A DNA stretch of 64,000 nt from Bigelowiella natans CCMP2755 (GCA_000320545.1 ADNK01000431.1:11426-75425); one strand, 5' to 3'. Shown: positions 1-13,944, numbered from the stretch's first letter. The notes: a model not told the origin generated them from the letters alone. A program made the numbers and translations.

Positions 1-476
1 CCTGAGAGTAGGCGTGTGCGTGTGAGACAGAATTCATTACTTTTGGATAAATAACAGTACAACAACAACAAAGCTCTTTCCTTGTTCGTAGGGGACTTTG
101 TTACCGTCTTCTGGTATTTCTTCTTCTTCTTCTTCATCATCATCTTCATTATTATCATGATCCTAATCCATACTCACCCGTATGGCTTTAAGGCATCCAC
201 CAATTCGGAGACTCTCATTCCAGCTTGCACGCGCACCTGCCAACATATATGTTAATATTTGACTGATGTGTGTCTGTGTGCGTGTGTGCTCTGCTAATAC
301 TACTGTCATCTTCTTCTCGTTCCCTGCGCTGTTTTCGAGGAAATCTTCTTCTCATGGGAAACACCATCATCACCTGCATCTTTTCCTCATCCACAAACAA
401 TAAATTGTTCATCTTCGAGAGATTCACCATTCCTGTGGTGGTGACGATGGTAGTGTAATGGTTGGTTTGCGGTATA

Positions 477-509
<33 letters not shown>

Positions 510-1478
510 TGTATTATGTGTATAGCCTTCCTCAATCCATCCGCTCTGCCAACCCCCTCCCTCTCCCAAAGACTGCTGTAATGATGTGTTGAAGATATGC
601 TGCTGCTCGACTCGACTCCCACCCTTTTCGGAAAATGCGATGCCATTAGGAGATATCCCCCCCCCCACTGGACGTAGGGGTGTTCCGCTTTCGTGACACT
701 CCTTCACGAGGCTCTCAAGCTCCTCCAATGTTTCAGGCTGATCGTAAGAGCAGGAAGTAATGGTAAACAATCATATTCATATCAAACATGCTTTACGGGG
801 AGGGATGAAGGATGAAAATCAGCAGAGAAAGGTGTAAATATGCGACAGAACGAATGCTTGGAGTGCTGCGTGAAAGCTGTATGAAAGCTGCACTAGCACC
901 TGATAAAGCATCCCCGTAACGTTATGCGTATTTGACCAGTTAGCAATCTTCGTCTCCTATTCATTAGTTGACAGCGACAAAAGTCAAAATCGGGATGTGC
1001 GGTGAAAAGGAGGGGGGGGCGTGTTGGATGTAAATCACAATTTTCAATGTTCCATCATAGCTCAAACGCTCCGGAAAAGAGACCGACGATTTCGCCTCTC
1101 GACAAGTATACATTCTATAATCACGGAGCGAGAGGGGGTAGATTTAGCTTTATACTACAACTCTTACTACTCCTTATATTGTCGCTACCTTTCCCTTCAC
1201 TGTTCGGACTGGGCCTTCAGCATTTGCAGGGAGTAGTAGCCATCCGCATCCTGCAAGAAACAACCACCGACACACATATGTAAATATATCTGTGCTCAAG
1301 ACTCCTGCATTTTAGAACACTCACCTGCGATGGCGGCGGCTGCAGTCGCCGCTGCCACTGTCCTGGCACTCTGAATGCTGAATCTATTACTCGTTGGCGA
1401 AAAGAATATTGACGTGACTCGCACTCGCTCAATTCTTCGCCGAGCGGAATTGCCGCAGCCTTGGAAGAATCGTTTCAT
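1..1478 (-). CDS. GLDH: L-galactono-1,4-lactone dehydrogenase (mitochondrial FAD-linked oxidase), 5' part; runs off the window edge
   Basis: Spliced GT-AG exons give MKRFFQGCGNSARRRIERVRVTS (Arg/Ser-rich presequence)...ETKIANWSNTHNVTGMLYQ|PETLEELESLVKECHESGTPLRPVGGGISPNGIAFSEKG|MVNLSKMNNLLFVDEEKMQ|VRVQAGMRVSELVDALKPYG. This matches the plant GLDH FAD domain (NWS.TH, RPVGSGLSPNG, which lacks the covalent-FAD His of GULO). Confidence 0.9.
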
Positions 1479-2302
1479 GATCTCGCCCTATCTATTTCGT
1501 TCTCCCTCTCTCTGCTGTTCCTGCGTTTTCCTGCTCTCCTTTGTGCTCTATGGAGTTTCCACCACGGACCTGTAGTATGGCACGAAAGCATAAACGAGAA
1601 ATGTTCAGGAATCACACGATATGGTGGTCGAAACTATCGAGGAGTGAGTCGAAAATATCATGGATAAAGAGCGGGGGCAGCAAAGCAAGCCAACTTTACG
1701 GAGGTTCAAGGACGCTCAGAACGTGCGAAAGAACGAACGATAGCGTGTCAAACTCTCCATAATCTACCGTCCACCGAAACCTCCCCGGCAATAGATACTG
1801 TTGACATTTCACAGAGGATTGCAAGCCGGGGAGAGGGCAGGGCTGGCAATGCGAGCTGGGAGGAGCAAGGTTGGGGTGCTTGGCTCACGTGTCGAAATTT
1901 GTGGCCGTTCGGCCGCCGGGACCTAATTAGAGAAGAAACAGTATGCATTTATTCCCTACGACAACTTTCCATTCCCTTTTTCCCTGAAATTGATGCCGTA
2001 GGCACGAAAGTTTAGGTAAAATCGAGAAGATCTCTGAGGAGGTACTGGAAAGAACGGGGGGTATCTCGAGATTTCTCGAGACTCTGCAACATCTCAAAAA
2101 GCATCCTATTGTGGATCTGCGACAACAGGAAAGTACTCTTTTACTAGATGTTTACGACGCCGGGAACCTCCGTTCATTGGTGAATCGCAAGATCTTTCTA
2201 GGAAAAAGCTAAAATTACGCTCAATTTATTCAATGCGTCATGATATTTACCCAAAATATCTTTGCCTATCCCCTGCGATTCTCTCCCACAATAAATCGGC
2301 AA

Positions 2303-3535
2303 ATGGCGTCCGGCTGGCTTCGCTCCAAGGGAGCCAACGAACGGCGCTTTGGGCTGGTGCTTGGCCTTGCCATAGCATTATCTGTCATGGCGATTGTTGC
2401 TATTCAAATTCAAATACATCAAGGACGGCTAGGTGATATTGTTATCCGAATCCTTTCTCTTTAATATTCATCAACACGATATGGCATTCGCTTGTCACGT
2501 TTTCCATGCGCATTGTTTGTGTGATTTGCGATCGCCATCACCCCAATCCATCTATTCAATGTTGTCACTAGTCTCTTATAACATTGGTCTTTACCGGTGT
2601 TTGTCATATTCATGACAACGATGGCTCGGAATTTCTCCATAGCTTCCGAAAAAAACAAACAGGCGTTCTCCGATTGAATGAATCTTAATTTCATCCCATT
2701 CAGGACCCAGTCGCATTGCAGCAACAATCATCCCCAAGGGATCTCAAGTCGTAGTTTCAAGCAGGCCATACCGCGGAGTCTCCTCCTCCTCCTCTCGAAG
2801 ATGTAAAAACATGAACCCATCGCAACAAATAGACGGTGATGCACTAGGCAGGACTTACATAGCCGCTGCGAGTGGGATAGTCGCTGCGAATGGAATGGAG
2901 GAATCAGGTTGATGTTGAACGAGTGTGTAGCGACCGAGGAATCTATATCACCTGAACGAAAGTACCAAATAAGGCTCGATACATTGGAGAAAGAACCCGT
3001 ATTTTTCATGTGCGCACGTAAATATCCTATCGAATGCTGAATGCAAACCGCACGCATAACTTTCAGGTGTGCAATCGCGCTTGGAGGCGATGGAGAAAAA
3101 AATCGCACAATTAGAGAGCGAAAACTATGAGCTTAGAGCTCAGTTATCGGCGACTGCTCCCACGAATAGCGACCATGATCAGCACCAGAGGATGGATCCA
3201 TTACATTCAACGCGCCATCCTCCTGTGCAGGTAAATAAGCCACTTACAGGGTCTCTGATAGATCTCGCACGTTATTTACTCTTATTGAAATCACAACATG
3301 ATAATGTCCAACATTGACAGCATCACCATCATCATCATCATCAACAACAACAACTCTTCCGTCCTCTTCCGTCTCCCACTTCTTCTTTATTGCTATTCCT
3401 CCTTATCCCTCGTCGCTCCAATACCCTACAGACGCCTGACGAGCATCTTGAGGATTCGAGCGAGAGCGTCAATCAAGTTGTGTACGATGAACAACGAGCC
3501 TTTGCCGCGGCTGCGACTGAGGTCACTAACAATTT

Positions 3536-3573
<38 letters not shown>

Positions 3574-4346
3574 GGTTGATTACCACCACCTATAACGGCC
3601 AGAAGAAGCACAACAGCATAACACACCACACAGATCAATACAGCAGATAATGTCAATCTAGGACGATGCAGAGCCAAAAATCCTCCTCCTCCTCGTACCA
3701 ACACTTTCTTGCAATAATTCCTCTCATAATACAGATTCAACAGGCGGCAGCTTCTTCCACACCATCCACCCCCCCCCCTCCTCCTCCCTCTCCTCCCCAG
3801 CAGCAGCAGCAGCAGCAGGTCTTACGCGCCCCTCCATCACCTTCTTCAATGTCTTCTTCAGCATCGTCGAGGCGCCGCAACGTGAGGAGAGAGATGAAGC
3901 CTAAAGAAAGCACACACTCGTCGTCATCGTCGTCGTCGTCGTCGTCGTCATCTTCAGATAGGGTGGTGGCATGGGGACAGCTTACTGCTGAGAAAGAACG
4001 CCTGCAAGAAGAGGAAAAACGAAGAAAGGTAGTAGCTCCTTTCCCCTCCCCCCTCCCCCCTCCCCCCTCCCCCTTCTCCTACCCCCATATTCACTCCTCC
4101 AAGCGCGAAAATATTAGTCGTAAGACCCTAGTAGATGCAAGATAAGCGTAACAAGGAGTAGGAGGAAAAGGGTTATATCAGGAAGAATTGATGTCGGAAG
4201 TGGTCGAAAGCATCATGTGAATTAGGAGTCACCCCCTTCCCCCCCCCCCCCAGGCTGTTGAAGAAAGATCGAAAGAGCTGATCCGAATGCAGAAGAACCG
4301 GGAGAGGCTCATGCGAAACATGCCCGTCAAACCGCCGGTACATATA

Positions 4347-4393
<47 letters not shown>

Positions 4394-5502
4394 CATATAT
4401 CGCAACAAAAGAGACTGACGGACTCACATGATAAGACCGATTCCATTACATTTTTGATCGTCGATATTGAGCGCTGGAGATCCCCCGTCGTCCCGCAAAC
4501 ATTGCGCTCTCCGCAATTTTGTGTTGACGTTTATGCGCCGTCGCATGCATGCATGTACTTTCAACCTGTCATCACCATCATTATCATTAATCACCATCAC
4601 CATCATCATCATCATCATCATCATCGTCGTCGTCGTCGTCGTCGTTTTCGTGTTGGTAAGAATACCACTTGTACGCACTCATATACTCACACATCAGCGT
4701 CACGAAACAGTGGCTGCTGCTTTAAACGGAGTGTCTTCTTCTTCATCGGCACCCTCCCCAGTTTCAGCCCCCCCCCCTGCCGGAGAGGTGGCAAAGATTG
4801 TCGGGGGGCTTCGGCCTTTCAAGCCAGCTGAAACCGCGGCCGAGAAAGCACCTACGTCAGGGTGAAGAAAGACGATGAAAAGGATGATGATGATGATGAC
4901 GATGACGATGGGAGATGTGTACTGATTGGTGTTTCTTTTCCTCCTCCTGCTCCTCCTGCTCGCCTTCTCTGTGCTTCTTTATATGTTTGGCACCACAAAA
5001 TAATAAAACAGATATATTGGAGACATTCATAGCCCCACTCTGCGTTGGGAGCAAAATGACGAGTAATAATATTTATACATGTGTATATATATAGGAAGAT
5101 GATGATGATGATAATGATGATGATGCGTATCACTATCGCTGTTTTCTCTGAGACTTCACACAAATTATACAGAGTCCAGTATTGTGTAAAGGGGTAGTAG
5201 TAGTAGTAGTAGTAGTAGTAGTTGGCTATTCTCAAAAATGATGAACGACGTTGCCCCCACCCCCCCCCTCCCAGTCTTTCTGCATGTGTGTTTCTATCTC
5301 CCTCATCAATCATGCACTACTATAACTATTTACTATTACTGCTACTGCTACTGCTACTGCTACTGCTACTCTGTTGTGCTTAGAAACCTCGATGTGACAG
5401 TATATCTACCCGTTACGACGTGGATCAGGCAAAAAGACCAGTTGGTGAGTACCACTTCTACTACTTCTACTACTTCTACTACATCTACTACTAGCAATTC
5501 CA

Positions 5503-5537
<35 letters not shown>

Positions 5538-6360
5538 CACATTGCACGATGTGGTAACAAAGTGCTGTTTTATTATTAATGATGATGATGATGATGATGA
5601 TGTGCAGAACTGCGATTTCAGCGAAGACGGGTTCATTCTATACAAAGGGTACGTAATCGTTGAGGAGCAGGAGGGGGGGAGTGAAGATAATGCGCGAATG
5701 TTTAATATGCATGCGTCGGTGTTATTCTGGTGTGTGTGAATAAAGCACGGACGGTGCTGGTATCATTTCGTGTTAGAGTGACAACGATGGTGATGGTGGT
5801 GATAATGAGAGTCCTTTTCGTATGCATTTGTCGCTGTGTGTGCGTGTGGACGCACGTTGCATTCTCTTCCGACGAATCATCTTGTTCCCAGGGCGCAGAT
5901 AACCGAGAACATCCTGCACAAGGTCAATGTCGGCGGCAAAATTCTCCCCCGACATTGGTAATGACTGCCATCGTCATCGTTGTCAGTCCCATCCTCATTT
6001 TTGTCTTCAGAATGCATGCATGCGTGATGATGATGATGGCGATGATGATGATGATGATGATTCATGGCAAAGTCGCCGTCGTGGATTTGCGTTCATGAGC
6101 ATCTATCTACAAATTACAGTCACCGGCGAAGTGTATATCAAATAACAGTGTTTTCATCGTCATGTTTAAATCCTCCTCCTCATCGTCATCATCTTGACTT
6201 CGTCGTTGTTGCTCCTGTCTATATCTCTATCAGCGGGTGGGAATGGTACTACAATAACCCGTATCAAGTCAAGATCAACATGTACAAAGCAAAGGACTCC
6301 CGCGAGTTGTGGAACTCTCCAATATTAACCCCTCCGGGTGAAGAAGAAGGCAGGAGATAA
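2303..6360 (+). CDS. Hypothetical multi-exon type II membrane protein (N-terminal anchor, coiled-coil/low-complexity stalk, small C-terminal globular region)
   Basis: MASGWLRSKGANERRFGLVLGLAIALSVMAIVAIQ (TM) splices in phase 1 (2432/3067) to GVQSRLEAMEKKIAQLESENYELRAQL. Later exons: VVAWGQLTAEKERLQEEEKRRK, NLDVTVYLPVTTWIRQKDQL, NCDFSEDGFILYKG, GWEWYYNNPYQVKINMYK...GRR*. Internal boundaries are approximate. Confidence 0.6.
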
Positions 6361-7141
6361 TAATATACAACGGGATCCAAACTAAATTCTCCCCTGCAGC
6401 CAACATCGTGCGTCGCATTAGTGCTTGTGCTGATTGGAGAGGCCTGGAAGGAGGTTGGCAGTCACAATATATAACGAGAAGCATCCAACCTGCCGCAAGA
6501 GAGGATGGCGTTGCTGGTAGCGTAATGACGACTACATTTGCACAAAATAGAGCTTGCAACGAACGAATTTCTTCAAATGCAATGACCTCATCATGTAAAA
6601 AATTCAACGATTGAAGTCCTACAGAAAATATAAGCGAATGCAACCATTCGGGATGTTGTGCTAGTGTGTGAAAACGTATGTGAGAATACATGCACGTCTA
6701 GCTCCAAATCCCAATGAAGCTAGAGTTAGCGCTTGCAGCTGTAGAACAGACACTGCAGCTATAGGCCATGCGATACATGCACGACTGTGTGGGTTGCATA
6801 CTTTCGAATCTTTCAGCCGGATGGCTTTCATTTTGAGCGATCAACTGCGCTGCTGTGCGCTATGCGTATGAATGCTTTTTGAGGAGAACTAGAGTACATG
6901 CATGCCTAGCTAGCTGCTAGCTTATTTGACCATCATTAACATCTATCGATCATCGATTCCCGCTACGTACGTAGCGATGTACAGTGTATATCGTCTGCAA
7001 ACTTGTCTAGTAATAGTATATATTATGATTAGAAACTGTACGGCATGCTGTCCTTCTCTATTTCGACCACACGCTCAACGAATGCTAGCAGAAACCACGA
7101 TGAAAAAGGCAAGGCGCAATAAGATTTCATTGCGTTATTCA

Positions 7142-7489
7142 TTAATGCCGCTTTGCCGATGAGCACTCTGAGCCGCCAACAACACCCTCCCATAGCTTTC
7201 CTATTTGCGGCACGCGCCTGTAAAACGCCTCCCATTCTGGAGATGGCTTCCAGGGCCGCCCCTCCGGAAAGGGCAGAGTCTTCCCTACAGCGTGAAGCAC
7301 TCCGAATAATCCTCCGAGACCTTCGCGTCGATGGCAAATAATCCATAAAACGCAACAACCAGCACACAGCGTGTCATTTTGAAGAACGATCCCGTCTCCA
7401 TCAAAGGTGCAGCAATGAGTCGGATGTAAATAATACAAGCGATGTATACGACAATAGCGTTTGTTTAGAATTGCAGTATGTGAACATGT

Positions 7490-7535
<46 letters not shown>

Positions 7536-7834
7536 CATATACAATATATTATATAATACTCCGCACCTCCTGAGTTTCCGGCCGTTCGATCGACAGAATA
7601 GCCTCCAGTCATCGCATAGCACTTCCCTTTGCGATCGAAGCGGAAGCTCAGCACCTGCGGCGTCGTGGTGACCACCTTGCCAGTTGGGGGGAGCTTCATT
7701 CCTCCGAAGTTGAGAGTTCCAGAATGGACGAGCCTTGCTCGGGACATGAACCTGTGCAGCAGGAAGAAGAAGAAGAAGAAGAAGAAGAAGAAGAAGAAGA
7801 AAGGAAGAGAGAGAGAGAGAGTATGTGAGAGAGC

Positions 7835-7873
<39 letters not shown>

Positions 7874-8207
7874 TACCCCCGCTGTCACTTACAACTGGGG
7901 CGATGATGACTAAGTTGTGCTATCTATTCTTTTGTTTTCTCTACAGTTTTAGAGTGATGGTGCCAATAATACAACCACCGATCAATGCAGTTTTTGAGTG
8001 ATGGTGCCAATAATACAACCACCGATCAATTTACATCATAGCAAGTAGGTAGTAAGTACCACACGCGATTCGGCTCTAATGGGTCGCATTGGAACCCAAA
8101 GAAATTTGCTGATGTGAGGAAGGGGAGGAGGAAGAGGAAGCAAATAAGTATATTTACAATAATATCGCTAAATTTCCTCCCTTCAATCATCGTTTATATT
8201 ATCATCC

Positions 8208-8239
<32 letters not shown>

Positions 8240-8364
8240 TCTTCATGGCGTTTATCTTCTTCTTTCTTAACCAGGAGGATTGAAATATAAATGGTGTTTC
8301 TTCCAAAAGGAGCACAGGGAGAGAGGACGAAGAGGGGGGAGAGGACGAGAGACTAAGAGAGTGT

Positions 8365-8407
<43 letters not shown>

Positions 8408-9464
8408 TGTAACTTGTGTGGGAGGGGAGAGTACATTGAGAATCCGGAAAGGCGTCCGCCACCTTAAAGGACGAGAATGCCTTCACAAACTCTGCCTTGT
8501 CCAGTGGTCCAACCACAGGAAAGATGAACCTGAATGATGATGATGATGAGGAGGAAATTGGTAAATTTAATAAGAATGCATGGAGTCAGCTGGTGAGAAA
8601 AACGAAGGATGCAAGGAGGAGGAACACGTAGCATTAAACGTACGAACTCTCTTCAATTCATTTTCGGTGAAATTCCTCTGTGGGGTGATGCCAGAGTATA
8701 CAAAATAAATACACAGTACGCCGATCTCGAGATTGAATTGAAGAATTCTGGCAATAGTCGATGTTGTTTCTGAATAGGTGGCTCCATAGTTGCCGGTGTG
8801 GTGTTTCTGTCTATTTTGTTCAAAAGTTTTTGTTTGGAATATCTGTGCACTCTACTGGAAATCTTCTGCGAGAAGCTCAGTCTTCGTACAGCCGAACTCC
8901 GTGGCGCACAGTTCTTTAGCCTTCGTGACCAGCTCATCGGGTTTCAGTGGGAATCTGTGTTGTAGTTGCGGTAATGTTTGAACAACTTGTTCGATGATGA
9001 TGATGATGCACACTCAGCTTCAAAATGCAGCATTTTACTACTTGGATTTTGCCAGACTGGTCTTCTCATCGATGAACATGCACATCAGTCTCTTGCCATC
9101 ATCCGTCTCCCCCTTCATCAGCGCCTTCGATGGCGCACAGTATTCTGGAGTGTTTTCCTCCCGAGGCGAATGAGGAACGAGGAGGTCGCGGTAGACAGAC
9201 GCGCCTATTTACCCAATACGGCATGATAATAAAAAATCGATTTGATGACGATGTGTGTGTAAGAAATTGCCTCCTCCCATCCCTTTCCTTCCCTCTTCTT
9301 CTTCTTCTTCTTGTTCTACCAAAGTAAGAGAGCACGGCAAGCGTTGAGTCGAGTGTCCATTGTATGATGGAGATTAAAATTCCTGCAACTATGCACGCCG
9401 CGATAGCAAAGCTATGCAAGGAGGCCTGGTACAAGAACCCGGGGATTCTTAGAAAGTTGACCAT
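7142..9464 (-). CDS. Uncharacterised algal-type SnoaL/NTF2-like fold protein with hydrophobic N-terminus
   Basis: Phase-consistent exons: MVNFLRIPGFLYQ...|...FIDEKTSLAKSK|FPLKPDELVTKAKELCATEFGCTKTELLAEDFQ|FIFPVVGPLDKAEFVKAFSSFKVADAFPDSQ|SNFFGFQCDPLEPNRVW|FMSRARLVHSG...TGKVVTTTPQVLSFRFDRKGKCYAMTGGYSVDRTAGNSG|GLGGLFGVLHAVGKTLPFPEGRPW. LAEDF, AFPD and TGK.V are SnoaL-like motifs. Confidence 0.7.
7944..8030. repeat. 44-bp tandem duplication (2 copies) in an intron
   Basis: cagtttt(a/t)gagtgatggtgccaataatacaaccaccgatcaat occurs at 7944 and 7988. Confidence 0.9.
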
Positions 9465-10485
9465 GGGGAGGTCGGCTCTCGAAGCTCGTGAGTTGGCGAC
9501 GTCGATTTGGGTTCTCGCAAAGTGTGGCTATGAGCTCGCCGCAGTTTCGGAAGGACAAATTGGTTGTCGCAGGGATCAGATCTATTGCATTTGTATCCTA
9601 TGTCAATCCCATCAAAAAGAAAAACGCCATTGGAAAATCACGGGATTTGCTCCGCTGCGACAACGATATCGTAAGATTGTTGCTAGATACCTTGGATCAA
9701 TACGAGGGTGGTTGTCACAACGTCGCTTGATGCGCAAAATCTTGTGCAGCCTGAATGGAGCAACACAGAGCTCCCAATTTTTGGGATAGGATTGCGAGCA
9801 TCCAATCAATATTTTTAATGCGACATGAAAATATGGATGTCGTTGTGCCCTTATTCAAGGCCTGGTCACTACCAGATTTCTCCATACAGTGGCATTTTTT
9901 CAGGCTTTTGTGAGCGCGAGCCACAGTCTCGACTTCGAAAATTTCTTATACTTTTTCACCATACGTCAATTCACAACCCATATTTTAAAGGAAAATAACA
10001 CGGCGTTTAACAATCCAAACAGTGAGCTTTCCGCGAACAACTTCTGAGACGAGGATTTGGCGAAAAAAATGGCTGACGGTGGCTACGGACAGGTGTGTTT
10101 TTGTTCGCGAAAGGGGTGCAAAGATGAAAAAAAAATCCAGCGACTCTGGAACTATAAGTAAATATAAGCGATGGAATTGTGTAGTTGCTGTTATTGCTGA
10201 GCCCCGTGCGGAATAATCGTCATTGTTGGTTGTTGACACGTTAACACGTGTCTCACAAATCACACTACGGCAGAATTCTTCCAAACGAAATTTTCAGACA
10301 AATATTTTTTAAAATTCTTGGCGATTCTTTTCCATTCGTTTTGTTAATGCTGTTTGCACAGAACACCCTAAATCTGCATCACAATTTGTCTTGTAGTCTG
10401 CGTGTGCCATGCAAATGTACCATCGCACATGCTAATCCAGATTCCTCTTTCCATTTCCTCCTCTTGGGTGATGATGCCGTAGGCA

Positions 10486-11239
10486 ATGATGGGTGCCGTC
10501 GCCTTCGTCACAAGAAGACTACTTAGTGTCGATGAAGGAGAGAGCGTTTGCGGCAACGAAGTAGGAGGCGACACGTGTGATGTTGATGCTGCCGGCGACG
10601 AGGAGGGAGGTTTGCTGTCCACGACTATATTCTGGATTTTCTTGGGCGGCTGTGCCTACATGGCTTGGAGCATATTCGCTGAGGTCTGCTCGCGTGTGCG
10701 CCATCCCATCCCGGGGTTTCCCTAAATTTTAAAATAACATAAACCTAGGTGTGGAAGGTACGTGCGAGGATGGGGCTCCTGACGAAGAAAGTCTCGTTGA
10801 TGGAGATTCTAGGCTACCGAGCCGATCTTTACTTCTCGTCTGATCCTCTGTCGAAGCCCATTGCGCTCCTCTGCATGACTCAGGTGCTGATACTCTTCGG
10901 AGGGATGCTTCTCTACGCTGTTTCGCCGGACGGCACGCTCCCCGGCAAGATATGGCAAGCTTGGGTCTTTGTTGCTGATTCTGCCGCGCATGCGGATTAT
11001 GGGACTTCCACGGAGCGACTCGTTTCGTTCGTGCTCACGATTTGTGGAATGCTGGTCGTGTTAACAGCAGTTGTAGTAGCTGTTGTATGTAGTTGTAGTT
11101 GTAGTTGTCGTTGTTGATATAGTAGCAGAGAAAGGAATAGGAATATAGTAGATTGTGTGTATGTGTGTGTTTGTGTGTGTGTGTGTGTTATTATTTCTGC
11201 AGAGATGCACACAGGGATATGTATCACACGTAAACGTTA

Positions 11240-11281
<42 letters not shown>

Positions 11282-12110
11282 ACATATGTGGATATGTGTG
11301 TGTTGTGTGTTAGCGCGTGCTGTTGAATGTGTAAGTAAGTGCTGTTGAATGTGTAAGTAAGTGCTGTTGAATGTGTAAGTAAGTGCTGTGGAATGATGAT
11401 AATGGTAGCCTAACGAACCACATGGGGAGTGAACGTATTTGTCGGGTTCTCCTTCATCATTTTCCCTCATCCTCCTCCTCCTCCTTCGCCGCCACCTTTC
11501 CTCCTTCTAAACACTTCTTCTGCCATGCTACTCCTACTACTTTTACACTGCTACTACTCCTTGTAGGTGTTTGGATTCCTAGTGGGGATTGTGACCGATA
11601 CGATAAGCGAGAAAGTTGATCAGCTGAAAAAGGGTTGCAATTCCTGCAAATCTATAAAAAAGGAAAATGAAGAAGAGGAGAAACACCCATCATTTCCCCT
11701 TCCTAGCTACCTACTGAACCACCGCATTTTGCAGTACGACAAAAAATAATAGCAGCAATAACCTAATAGCCCCTTTAATGCGTATTTGCGGGTTCGTTGA
11801 TTCGGTCGTATGCTTGTGCAGGAAAGAGTGCGGTGCTAGAGTCGGGGCACACGCTGATACTCAACTGGAGCAACAAGGTAGTAGCCTGCTACTACTACTA
11901 CTTCCTATACACTAGAACAACTAGTGAGCTCCATTGCCATCCTCCTCCTCCTCCTCATCATCATCATCGACGTCATCATGATGCAGGTCATCCCGGTTAT
12001 CGACGAGATCTGCCAGGCAAATGAGAGCGAGGGGGGCGGCACGGTATGCCTTTCGCGTCGAGCGATGATGACTTCTTGCCACAACAAACAAATAACAACC
12101 ATTGCTATTC

Positions 12111-12144
<34 letters not shown>

Positions 12145-12687
12145 CGCTGTTACTACTGCGACGACGACGACGGCGATGATGAAGAAGAGCACACCAATCA
12201 TAATAAGAGACTTCTATATATCATGTTAAGATATACATCGCATGCAGGTGGTAGTGCTCGCCGAGCGTGATAAGGAGGAGATGGAACAGGAGATCTTAGA
12301 GTCGCTAACAGACCTGCGGAGCACGAAGGTCGTCGTGCGCTCCGGTAGCCCCATCCTCGCCTTCGACTTGAAGAAGGTAGCTGTTTCCTCTGCACGCGCT
12401 ATCATCGTCATGTCGCAAGATAACCTGGAACCGGATGAATCGGATGCCATGGCTCTCCGCGTGACCCTCTCTCTGACGAGTCTCGAGAAGCTCGAGGGGC
12501 ATATAACCGTGGAGCTGAGCGACGTGGACAATCGCCACCTCATTGAGCTCGTCGGCCGCCAAAAGTAGTACTCGTCGTGGATGTCGTTGTAGTTGTTGTT
12601 GTTGTTGTCGTCGTCGTTTCTGCCTCCCACCGGTTCTCCGCTGCTGCGCGCGCGTAAGCGTGCGTGTGCGTCTTGCGGATCACTGTT

Positions 12688-12743
<56 letters not shown>

Positions 12744-12896
12744 CCCTTCGTCGGTTGATTTGTTGGCGGCGTTTGGAGTGAGTGAGTGAGTGAGTGAGTG
12801 AGTGAATGATGCGTGAAAATTAGGGTGGAGACAATCGTGTCGCACGATCTAATCGGAAGGATTATGATTCAGTGCGCGCGGCAGGTAGTGGATGTG

Positions 12897-12931
<35 letters not shown>

Positions 12932-12972
12932 AGTGGTAGTAGTTGTTGTCGTCATCGTCCTAGCGCATATTC

Positions 12973-13011
<39 letters not shown>

Positions 13012-13384
13012 CTCAAGATTTCATACATTGTACCACACATTCACGTAGACAACACGATTCTACACGTAATTTGTGTATTATCTCCATATTCTTGTCACAT
13101 AACGATGCACACGAATGATATCTTCGCAGCCCGGCCTCGCGCGCGTTTTGGACTCCTTGCTCGGTTTCGAGGTGATACTTCAGAGAAGCGGCACCGCTCG
13201 CGATCATTCCTACACAACAAAATATAAACATCCTGATAGAGTATCATCAACAACATATTCTCGCTTCTCATCGCTATGTTATCTTGGAGCTGGGTTTCCG
13301 ACTTCAGAAGAAAACCCCATGTTTTCTGTCCAGCAAATTTTGTGAATTTTGTGTATTTTGTTACATCGTCGAGTTGTTTGCTTG

Positions 13385-13421
<37 letters not shown>

Positions 13422-13912
13422 TATCATCACCATAATCGTCCAACATCGTGCAGGGCCATGAATTTTACTTCTCCAAGCACCCGGAACTTGACGGTAGTAT
13501 GTACATCAAGCTAACAACATGATGATATCTTTCAGCATCGACCAACAGCAACAGTAGCGTGTGTGTATGTGGTCACTGCAGATTGATGCATATATTTAGG
13601 AAGTTTTGGCGGTTTTGAGTAATAGTGATTGACAACGGGGAAATTTTCGGAAATGTTGCTGTTGTTGTTTCAGTCTATTGTTGTTGTTTTAGTCTATTGT
13701 TATTGTTTTAGTCGTTGTTGCTAGTGTAGGAAACGACGGACCTCACCCCCCTCTTATTTCAATCATCATCGTGTTTTAGGAAAGAACTTCGCAGAGGCAT
13801 CGTTCATGTTCCCGGATGCAGTGCTGCTGGGGATAAAGCCAAAAGACTGCGAAAGAGTGAGACTTTAGCCTATATAATATACAACATTTGTCTCCTTTTA
13901 TAGCATCACTAC

Positions 13913-13944
<32 letters not shown>

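Noticed and set aside
4346-6145. ORFs with poly-YI, poly-H, poly-M or poly-CV
   Set aside because: Translations of intronic microsatellites.
9488-9930. Coding-looking ORF fragments between the SnoaL-like and CASTOR genes
   Set aside because: Stops in all frames, no splice-consistent chain and no recognisable homology.
11317-11389. CRISPR-like array
   Set aside because: Contiguous tandem repeat without spacers in a eukaryotic intron; no cas genes.
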